A stretch of 37,625 nt of DNA, taken from the NCBI RefSeq assembly GCF_004010195.1, contig NW_025213944.1:1-37625 (forward strand), in the 5' to 3' direction. Shown piece after piece: positions 25,166-35,189 of this stretch. Source of the DNA: Chiloscyllium plagiosum (lineage: Eukaryota). The notes below the pieces were generated by a model. That model worked only from the letters and a program-made list of their open reading frames with translations. It searched no databases and was not told where the DNA came from. The position numbers were made by a program, and so were the translations under genes. Positions within the stretch are counted from its first letter, which is position 1; each line of letters starts with the position of its first letter.

Positions 25166-25300
25166 TACACATATTAAAAAAAAGAGTTGTCTGCTTTATA
25201 AATTTGAGAAGCATACTCCACCTTCAAAGTTGCTTTGGTTCACATGACATCAATACAAGATAATATTGCTGAAGTCCATTTCTCATTGGCTGTTACTCAC

Positions 25301-25372
25301 AGTAAGCTGACGAAGTTCTCCATGTTCCACTAGATGCTGGTCCTTCTCAGGTGTAATCGCACAAGCTAATCT
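25301..25372 (-). CDS. SLC6A3: Dopamine transporter, penultimate coding exon (equivalent to human exon 14)
   Basis: RLACAITPEKDQHLVEHGELRQLT versus human [24 protein letters not shown]. 72 nt, AG acceptor at 25373-25374, GTGAGT donor at 25295-25300. Confidence 0.95.
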
Positions 25373-26409
25373 CTAAAATGATAAACAAGATTCCATGCAT
25401 CAATAGCAAACAGACCATAGCGTCACTCCATACCACCTGAGCAATCTTCATTCACCATTCCTTGAGTGTACCAGATAGTTCTTGCATACTTTTGGATTCT
25501 TGCTCCATGTTCGTCCCCACTGGCTGTGGTGCCCATTCCTTCAGGTATGATGTTTAATCCATTGGGATTCAAAATCCTACTGAGGACCTATCTCTTTAAA
25601 GATTATATAATTTTTTTTTCATTATACTTGACATTTATGCTTTGTCTAGTGCTTTATAAAACCCTTTTAGACATTTCTGTGTAAATTTGTTCTTTATTTT
25701 TTAATTCTGCTTAAAAAGTGACATTCAATTGAACTGTGCAAATGTCGTGGCACCGATATTCATTTGAGATATTTTAAACATTTCCTTAAAGATTATAGTG
25801 ACACATTTGCCTCTTTTTCAGTATCTCACTCTCCCTCATTAGAATATTACGATCATCATTCCTTGGTCAAGTGGTAGGCAGTCGACTGTTTACCCATGTT
25901 TTTCTGAATAGGCTACGATGCAATGCATATGACTGACCCCTGACAATTATCTTTCAATTGCAGTTTGTCAGAGCACAGTTCTGATGGAGTGATTTGGAGT
26001 ATTGTCTGTTTTTTTCCAAAATGTGAAAATTTACTGTGTCCCATGCCACCTGCCTTTTGTGCATTTTTAATATTTCATTTGCCAAAAAAATATTTTTCAT
26101 ATTATTTAGAAGTTCTGTATGATACTATTTGCAGACTATTTAACCCATTAAATCCCACTATCAGATCCTTCTTACCTGTTGCCTTTTTCTATTTTTACTA
26201 AAGAATAGAATTATTTCTGTTTTCCACTTGATGAATGATTATAACTGTTATTATGCCTTTTATTTTATAGGTGCTGACTAACCTGCTACATATTTCTAGC
26301 TTTATCCTATGTTATCAAATGATTGAACAGATATGAACAGAAGCATTAATTATAAAGTTCATGAAATGACCTATATAAATGATCATGTATAAATCTTTAT
26401 TGATTATAA

Positions 26410-26697
26410 CAGAGCCCTAGGGGTTTACAGCATGGAAGCATGCTCTTCGGCCCAACTTGTCCATGCCATCCATTTTTCACTATTAATCTAGTCCCATTTC
26501 CCTTCATACCTATCCCATCCATGTATCTGTTCAAACATTTCTTAAATGACAAATATGTACTTGCCTCCACCACTATCTCTGGCAGCCTGTTCCAGACACT
26601 CCTCACCCTCTGTGTGAAAAAAATTGCCCCTCTGGATCCTTACGTACTTCTCCCTCCTTATCTTAAATCTATGCCCTCTAGTTTTAGACTCCCTTAT
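26410..26697 (-). mobile_element. CR1 LINE 3' end fragment in the SLC6A3 intron
   Basis: ESKTRGHRFKIR; SVWNRLPE..VEA; typical tail. Confidence 0.8.
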
Positions 26698-26897
26698 CAG
26701 GAAATGTGGTGCCTTTTTAAAAAAAAATATTTGCATCAATAAATAACCTTTTTGATTTTGGCTGTAATGATAACTTTTCTCTGAATTTTAGACACAAAGA
26801 ACAAAAATAAGGAACAATAAATCACTTAGACTTGAGAGATATTATGACAAGAACAAAAGAAATCAGTTACTCATGAACAAATATGAGATGTACTCAC

Positions 26898-27065
26898 CTC
26901 ACGCAAGGTCCCACGCAGGCTGATACATTTGTACACGGCAAAAATGGGTACAATTGCCATTGAAGATATGGCAATACACCATCCAATGACATTGGCCCAG
27001 TCTGGAAAGATGTAATTGCCATATTCTGGTGCTTTGAATGTTGAAATGCTGACGACCACAACAAA
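26898..27065 (-). CDS. SLC6A3: Sodium-dependent dopamine transporter, internal coding exon (equivalent to human exon 13; TM11 end to TM12)
   Basis: Translates [56 protein letters not shown], closely matching human [61 protein letters not shown] acceptor at 27066-27067, GTGAGT donor at 26892-26897, 168 nt, phase 0/0. Confidence 0.95.
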
Positions 27066-27280
27066 CTTTATTTAATAAGTTGGGAGGAAAGATGGAAACA
27101 GATAAAGCACTTGTTAAGTTCGTCCTACATCAGTTTTTACACTTAGATGATGTTGATGAATAACTGAAATAAAGATTTACATTAAAGCCACTGATGGTTC
27201 CAAAACAAAGAGATAAGACTTCCCTTTGTGAAAAATGCAATATTTCACATGCCAGTAATAGGCCACAATAGTATTGAAAT

Positions 27281-27640
27281 TGTTGTGGATCTGTTCGCCG
27301 AGCTGGGAATTTGTGTTGCAGACATTTTGTCCCCTGTCTAGGTGACATCCTTAGTGCTTGGGAGCCTCCTGTGAAGCGCTTCTGTGATGTTTCCTCCGGC
27401 ATTTATAGTGATTTGTATCTGCCGCTTCCGGTTGTCAGTTCCAGCTGTCCACAAGTGGCCGGTATATTGGGTCCAGGTCGATGTGCTTATTGATTGAATC
27501 TGGAGGCTTCACAGGAGGCTCCCAAGCACTGAGGGTGTCACCTAGACAGGGGACGAAACGTCTGCAACACAAATTCCCAGCTCGACGAATAGAACCACAA
27601 CAACGAGCACCCGAGCTACAAATCTTCTCACAAACTTTGA
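27281..27640. mobile_element. Penelope-like element inverted pseudo-LTR (family A) with GIY-YIG C-terminal remnant
   Basis: Same sequence family as 19621. Minus strand encodes DSINKHIDLDPIYRPL. TSD agtattgaaatt/agcactgaaatt (2 mismatches). Hammerhead cores are mutated. Confidence 0.85.
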
Positions 27641-29570
27641 GCACTGAAATTTCCCACCTCATATTTATTGTTTATCAATGATTATGCTACCTCAAACTGA
27701 AAATAATTGGTGCAATCTACCTTTTTGAACTCCTGACTAGTAATAGCAGGTGGCTGATGTTATAACTTGCACTTGCTGACATGCTCTCCCTGTAGTGTTT
27801 ACAACACAAGACACGAATTATTGCATTTTAGTTGCTGCAGCATGAGCAAAGTGCTGGGTAATGCAAGCAGAAAACATCTAGAATGTTGCTTACTTAGCAG
27901 CTGGTGCATCTGAGAAGTGCACCATTTGCTGTTCATCTGTTGAAAATGGGAACTATAAAGAGGAACCAAAGGCAGAGCATGTGTAATTCTTTGGCTTTAA
28001 CCTTCCTCCTAGACCGCTCAGCTTGACTGTTGTGTGCATCAGGCCTCGAGGTCTGTATACTATTATCATTATCCTCCCCACATGTATCTTGACCTGTTTC
28101 AGTTACAACGATTATACATTTAAAGCAGCTGCTCAAAGAAATTTGGGTAACTCTGTGCCACTGACAAGTTCCTTGTGCTGAATAAGCAATATGCTTCAAA
28201 CAACATATGAACTGGCTTTATATGAATGTCCAAGCAGCACATACTTGGAGTAGAGGCCCCAGTACTATGCTGACAGGCCCAGTTTTGGAAGGATACTAAA
28301 CTGCAACATCTCCATGCTCTGGTATCCGTAGGAGTATGTTTATGGAAATTGTCACTGTGTATCCATATATAAATTTAAATGGATAAACATTATTTAAGAA
28401 AAGTGTTTCCTCAATAATGAAAGCTCTGAGAAGTAACAGCACAACCACTATATAAATATTACACCTCTATTATTTCAATGAAATCATTAATGCAGATGTA
28501 GCAGCTTATTGCTTCATTCCTTTTGGTTGTTGACCTCATAATGTTTTATTCATAAAATTATATGGCAGGAAATTTAATGAGACCTGAAAACAGATGTGAG
28601 AATAGGGAATTGCACTATTGTGTGATCACACATCTGAGCATAGTGATTGTACTATCTTGCAAATAGTGAGAGCTCATATGAGTTAAAGCTGGCCTGCTCT
28701 ACTTAGTGAGCCTGCATGTTTGCATGCACAAAAAGTTGTCGCAAGTTGTCTAAAATGTGATGAGATAATAGAAAAGGAGAAAGTCAGTGGATGAGCAATG
28801 GCAAATATATAAGCAGATATCGCATAATGCTCAACAAATATTTATTCCAGTCAAAAAGGACTCAATGAGAAGGATGAACCAAACATGATTTTAAAAAGGT
28901 GATCGAGGAAAGTATTCAATCAGAAACCAAGGCATACAAAGATGCAAAAAACAGTGGTATGTCAGAGGATAGGAAATTATTTTAGGAATCAGCAGCAGAT
29001 GACTCAAAGACTAATAAGGAGGATGATAATTGATTATGGAAGTAACTTGGCAAGAAATATATAAAAAGAAACACCAAGAACTTTTCACATACATAAAGAG
29101 AATGAGAGACATAGAATCAGAGTCATAGAGATCTACAGCACAGAAAAAGGCCTGTTAACCCATCAAGATTATGCTGGTCAAAAACAATGACCTAACTATT
29201 CTAATCCCATTTTCTAACACTTGAACTTTTATGCCTTGGCATTGCAAGTGTGCATCTAAAGACTCCTTACACATTGAGGGTTTCTGCCTCTACCACTCTT
29301 ACAGATTGTGAGTAGCTAAAATAAGTGCGGGACTCCTGGAGAATGCAACTGGGGAATTGATAATGGGGAACAGGGAAATGGCAAATAATTTAAATCAATA
29401 CTTTGTGCATCAGTTTTCAAGGTGGAGAATATTATAAACATTCCAAAGATAACATAAGCAAAGTACTAACTGTAGGAAAGATCTCAAATCATGATGGATA
29501 AAGTATTTGACAACTTAATGGGATTAAAGGTGATCTAGTGCAGGACTTTGGTGGCCTGCGTCCAAGGGGT

Positions 29571-29855
29571 TTAGATTAGATTACTTACATTGTGGAAACA
29601 GGCCCTTCGGCCCAACAAGTCCACACCGCCCCGTCGAAGCGCAACCCACCCATACCCCTACATTTATACCTTACCTAACACTACGGGCAATTTAGCATGG
29701 CCAATTCACCTGACCTGCACATCTTTGGACTGTGGGAGGAAACCCACGCAGACACGGGGAGAACATGCAAACTCCACACAGTCAGTCGCCTGAGGCGGGA
29801 ATTGAACCCGGGTCTCTGGTGCTGTGAGGCAGCAGTGCTAACCACCGTGCCGCCC
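29571..29855 (-). mobile_element. HE1-like V-SINE, full length, relatively young
   Basis: Reverse complement begins gggcggcacggtggttagcactgctgcctcacagcaccagagacccgggttcaattccc (A and B boxes) and ends with an (aatct)n tail. Confidence 0.9.
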
Positions 29856-30001
29856 AAAGGAAGTGGCTGCAAAGTTAGTAGAGTTATTGATTAAAATATT
29901 CCAGAACTCATTGGATTCTGGGAGGGTTATGGTGGACTGGAAAACTGTGCCTATGATGCACTGTTCAAGAGGAATGGAGGCAGAAATTAAGAAACTATAG
30001 G

Positions 30002-30131
30002 AGAAAATGAGGACTGCAGACGCTGGAGATCAGAGTCGAAAGTGTGGCACTGGAAAAGTACGGCTGGCTAGGCAGCATCGGAGGAGCAAGAGAGTCGACA
30101 TTTTGGGCATCAGCCCTTCACTTTTCAACTC
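30002..30131 (-). mobile_element. Penelope-like pseudo-LTR fragment (family B) nested in an old CR1
   Basis: TSD aagaaactatagg/aagatactatagg (29989-30001 and 30132-30144). Confidence 0.8.
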
Positions 30132-30579
30132 AAGATACTATAGGCCAAATAGCCGAACATCTGACATTAGGAAGGTCCATTATTAAGGAAGAAATACTGG
30201 GGCATTTAGAAACACAATGCTATAAAAGAGTCATCATGGTTTTGTGAAAAGGAAATCCTGGATAACAACTTTGTTAGGGTTCTTTGAGGATACAACAAAC
30301 AGAGTTGCTAAACAGGTTAATGTAGCATGCTTGAATTTTCAGAACATATTTAATGAGCTGCCACATAAAGACTATTACACAAGATAGGAGCTCATGGTAT
30401 TGGGGCTAATGCATTCATATGTATCGAACATTGGCCAACATGTAGAAGACAGAATGAAACTGATGAGCCATATTCAGGTTGGAGTGCCACAAGGATCAGT
30501 CCTAGAGCCACGATTACTTATATATTTATCATATCTGTATTAATTATTGAGAGGAGAGGGCACAGTATAATGTCTAATC

Positions 30580-32900
30580 ACTAAACAAAAATGATCTTGA
30601 TTCCTAAATGCGAGGATAAAGACTGCCTGAAAAGCATAGACAACTGGCGGCCTATAACCATTGGTCTGATGCTGCTACGACTTTTCACGAAATTAGTGCC
30701 GATATGCCTCAGTGAAACCGTCAAAATTAGCAACAGGCAACAGGGGTTTCTAGCAGCCACTCCCAGGTGCAATGAAAACATTGTCATCCTCGAGAACATA
30801 ACTAAGGGAGCAAAGCATAACTGTAAGGACCTCCCAGTTGATCTGGCAAAAGTGTTCGACTCAGTTGGGCACAAACTACTATTGAAAACGTTGCAAAGAG
30901 CACATTTTCCAAAAGCCTGATCAAGGATCTCCACACTGGCAATATAACTGTGGTAGAAGGGAACAATACTTATACCACTCCAATAGACATTGGGAGGGGT
31001 ATGATGCAGGCCGACCCACTCTCTCTGATATTATTTAACATCTCTCTTGAGCCATTGATATGCTGTCTGGAGAAGGCAGACTCGGGGGTCGCCATGCTCC
31101 TGGGTGGAAGAAGAGTCAACTGCTCGACTTTGGCCTTTGCAGAATGACATAGCCCTTCTGAGTGACTCTCACACCGGCATGGCGAGGAATCTGAACTGCT
31201 TCAGTCATAGTGTGACCATACGGGCCTCAATATTAACATCGTGAAGACAAAGAGCTTCCACTTTATGTTTGAGAGGAAGCCCTTCCTGTACAATCACTTC
31301 GCTAACTGGAAGCTGCGTAACGCTTATATAGCCCCAGGTGATACTGAGAAATGCCTGGGTGCTCGTACGAACCCGTGGGCAGGTGTGACAGAAGGAGAAT
31401 GTGAGGAGAGGCTTAAGACGGGAGTGAAAGGAATACAGGCAGCATCCCTCCGACTGAGGCAACGCCTAGAAATCCTAAAAACCCATGTCATCTCCAGATT
31501 GTATTTTCATTTGATCCTGTCCGAAGCATCTTGAAGCAGACTGATAAAGCTGGACCAGATTGTATGCAATGCCATGAAAGAATTCCTCCACCTACCACCT
31601 CCTACCACTGATGGAGTCCTGTATGCTAACAACCAGAATGGCGGTGTAGGTGTGCCGAAACTGGAAGTGCAAATTCCATCCACGATTGTCCACAAACGAG
31701 AGGCACTAGATATGTCCAAGGACGTGATCATAAGGACCTCCTTCCAGTATAGAGGAGAATGCAACAGAGATACCATTGCAGGACTGTGAGAACACAAAAT
31801 CCTCAAAGAAATTGAAGATTTCCTACCTGGCAGCCAAAGTGGCAGCAAAGGGAAAATGGATCCAATGACTCACATCCAGGCAATTATGCCAGCACTACAG
31901 GATGCTGGGTGACAGAAACTGCCCAACAGGTGTGCAGGATGGAGAGAGTGGGAATAAAAAAGTGGTGAAGCCCTGAATGTCAAGGGGCAGGCATTCAGTA
32001 TTACAGAGATGACAAGATCTCAAACTCTTGGTTGAAACCAGCAATTCAACTGAAATCCTCATGGTTTATAAACAGCTATACTCAACAAGAGCCACCTATC
32101 ATGGGGAAGACCAAACAAAAACAAAACTTGCCGAAGGTGTGAGACGGCTATCAAAACCATTTCACACATCTCGGGTTGCTGCCCATTTGTTAAAAACACT
32201 CGAATAAAACACCATAATAAGATCGTAGACCAGTTGTGGAAGCATGTCAGTAAATACAGCTGGACATCATACATTGAGCCGAAGTTATTCATGAAAGATG
32301 GCTCACTATGGAAACCCAATCTCATATTTGAAAAAGATCAAAAGATCGTGGTAGTCAATGTCACAGCATGGTACGAAAACATCAAAGCGTTGGAAATGGC
32401 ATGGCGTGTAAAAACAGAGAAATATAACCACCTTAACACCGAGATAATGGAATTGGCGGGAGGCTCTCAACCCAAGGACTTTGGCTTCATGATGGGTGCT
32501 CAAGGCAAGTGGCTGCTTGAATAACAGCCTGAAATTCCTCAGCATTGAACCATTCCGAACATTCGCTCAAAGGACATCTAGGCTCACCTTTTCACTGACA
32601 CTCAAATTATTACACCTCTTCAGTGATAAGTGAGCAAAATACCGCAGACCGGCTCTGGTCGGAGACAAGGACCGGCCAACCCTCACCGAACAGATTAACT
32701 AAAAATAATAAAATGAAAAACGGGGGCGCCGGTCCATCAAAACCACCATCAGTTCTGACACCAGACTGTTATATTACCCCTTAGTTTGAGCCTCATATAA
32801 ACACCAATATTACCTGGACCTGGCCCGTGGTAATGCTAGAAAGTCTAAATGTCAACAGGTGACGTAAAGACTCGGAAAAGGCACTCGTGAGTGTGGATAA
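30580..32900 (+). mobile_element. R2-clade (restriction-like endonuclease) non-LTR retrotransposon, 5'-truncated and pseudogenised
   Basis: Frameshifted ORF pieces: LIPK..DNWRPITIG..LRLF, RQQGF...CNEN, VDLAKVFDSV, GMMQADPLSLILFN, LAFA(D)DIALLS (1-nt insertion near 31143), KEFLHLP..TDGVLY....GGVGVPKL, QGAGIQYYRDDKISNSWL, CCHC knuckle CRRC..TISHISGCC from 32129, HNKIV, KPNLIF..VVNVT, EKY, GFMMGAQGKW. Stop at 32631-32633, then a 3'UTR of about 270 nt. Confidence 0.85.
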
Positions 32901-34187
32901 CATGTTGGAAAAGGTTATAAGAGAGAGGATTTATAATCGTCTAGAAAGGAATAAATTGATTAGGGATAGTCAACTTGGTTTTGTGAAGGGTAGGTCGTGC
33001 CTCACAAACTTTATTGAGTTCTTTGAAAAGGTGACCAAATAGGCGGATGAGGGTAAAGCAGGTGGATGTGGTATATATGGATTTCAGTAAGGTGTTTGAT
33101 AAGGTTCCCCATGGTAGGCTATTGCATAAAATACAGAGGCATGAGATTGAGGGTGATTCAGCAGATTGGATCTGAAGTTGGCTAGGTAAAGGAAGACAGA
33201 GGATGGTCGTTGAATGGAAATGTTCATCCTGGAGTTCAGTTACTAGTGGTGTACCACAAGGATCGGTTTTGGGTCTAATGCTGTTTGTCATTTTTATAAA
33301 CGACCCGGATGAGGGCGTAGAAGGATGGGTTAGTAAATTTGCAGATGACATTAAGGTCGGTAGAGTTGTAGATTATGGAGGGGCATAGGTAAACTGCAGA
33401 GTTGGGCTGAGAGGTGGCAAATGGAATTTAATGTGGAAAGTGTGAGGTGATTCACTTTGGAAGGAGCAATAGGAATGCAGAGTACTGGACTAAAGGTAAG
33501 ATTCTTGGTAGTGTAGATGAGCAGAGAGATTTTGGTGTCCATGTACATTGATCCCTGAAAGTTGCCACCCAGGTTGATAGGGTTGTTAAGAAGGCATACG
33601 GTGTGTTAACTTTTATTAGTAGAGGGATTGAGCTTTGGAATCATGCGGTCATGTTGCAGCTGTACAAAACTTTGGTGTGGCTGCACTTGGCGTACAGCGT
33701 ACAGTTCTGGTCACCGCATTATAGGAAGGATGTGGAAGTTTTGGAAAGGGTTCAGAGGAGATTTACTAGAATGTTGCCTGGTATGGAGGAAAGGTCTTAT
33801 GAGGAAAGGCTGAGGGACTTGATACTGTTTTCATTGGAGAGAAGGAGGTTGAGAGGTGACTTAATGGAGACATAGAAGATAATCAGATAGAGTGAACAGT
33901 GAAAGTCTTTTTCCTTAGATGGTGATGGCTAGCACAAGGGAGCATAGCTTTAAATGGAGGGGTGATTGATAGACGACAGATGTCAGAGGTAGTTTCTTTA
34001 CTCAGAGTAGTAGGGGCGTGGAACACTGCCTGCAACAGTAGTAAACTCATCAATTTTAAGGACATTTAAATGGTCATTGGATGGATTTATGGATGAAAAT
34101 GGAATAGTGTAGGATAGATAGGCTTCAAATTGGTTTCACGGATTGGTGCAACATCAAGGGCCAAAGGGCCTGTACTGCGCTGTAATG
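32901..34187 (+). mobile_element. CR1-type LINE, 5'-truncated (RT domain to 3' tail), with stops and frameshifts
   Basis: [64 protein letters not shown], ending in the tail gggccaaagggcctgtactgcgctgtaatg. Confidence 0.9.
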
Positions 34188-35189
34188 AGAAAAGAATATT
34201 TAAGCTTTACTTCAACCTCACACATGTGACACTTCTATTAAGTCTAAAACCCACATCTCACACCTTGCACATGTTGCCAGATATTCAACCAAGGCAGGAA
34301 CACCGCACAGATACCTGCACCACATTCAATGACAGTCTTTTCACTTGCTTACATGACAAGGTTATGTATAATTGGAGGCAGCACAGCACTTAAACTGCAA
34401 ATAGGCCTGGGCTGTGTCCCCTCAACCTGATGAAGATTGAGATGAAGCTCGATGTCATTGGAATGGCCAAGACTGTGGTCATTGGTGGGGCTGAAACAAT
34501 GGAAGGTGTGGTATGCTTATACTAGAAGATGGCTCCGCTCTTCACAGATTCCTCACTGAACACTTTGGTCTAATATATCCAAGCCAAAACGAGATGGTCT
34601 TCCTTTCTGATGAAGACTCTCCTACAAGACCCAGATGGCTTAGGTCCAAGTTGCACATGAGGTCAGCACCACAGCAGGCTGATAGTTGAAAAACATATGA
34701 AGAATTTACTATGCTCCTCAAGGGTAAAAGTGTCACTATCTTGTCACTGCAAGTTCACACTCATGGAACCATCACTCAATCCTCAATACCAACGTGTCTG
34801 AGGATGAAGATTGTGGAATCCCAGTGGACGCACTGGTGAGGCGTTCACCCTCACCAGAGTCTGTCACCCCAGTAGATATGTTAACTCAGATATACTCAAG
34901 GACACCAGCCAGTGACGATCACTGACCAGTATTTGCAGTTAATGTCGAAGGTGCCCCCCAAAATCTTTGGCTGTCCAAGATGGTTGAAGTCCAGTCATAA
35001 GCTCAACTTGAGGCAGATGATGTGACTCTGGGCATAACTGACTTGTTTAACCTACAGAGACAAATAGGGAAACATCAGGCCAGATTGCCAGAGGTCCTCA
35101 CTGGGCTAAAATGAAGGATGGAGGGGTTTATCTATCTGCTGTTAACTGTTGTGCTTTGTCAGCATATGAGCACTTGGTTACTCCATTTT

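Larger units (their letters stand above)
28790..30575 (+). mobile_element. Old, decayed CR1 ORF2 fragment hosting nested insertions (minus-strand CR1 tail about 29110-29310, SINE, PLE)
   Basis: Degenerate CR1 tether/RT motifs ([27 protein letters not shown]) interrupted by younger elements. Confidence 0.7.

Noticed and set aside
19097..27065. Assignment to SLC6A2 (NET) instead of SLC6A3
   Set aside because: FPDWAN, PEKD and LRHWLxV match DAT; NET has FPPWAN, PENE and LQHWLAI.
8352..30131. Recurring gggc-n4-gcccgaaacgtc palindromic units as a CRISPR-like array
   Set aside because: Dispersed, not regularly spaced, and explained as PLE hammerhead stem II in a vertebrate genome.
30141..30154. 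taggccaaatagcc resembles the 28S R2 target TAGCCAAATGCC
   Set aside because: It is the NYRP-S-L coding motif of the old CR1 (aactataggcc..tagcc), lies about 430 bp from the R2 5' junction and is on the wrong side of the element.
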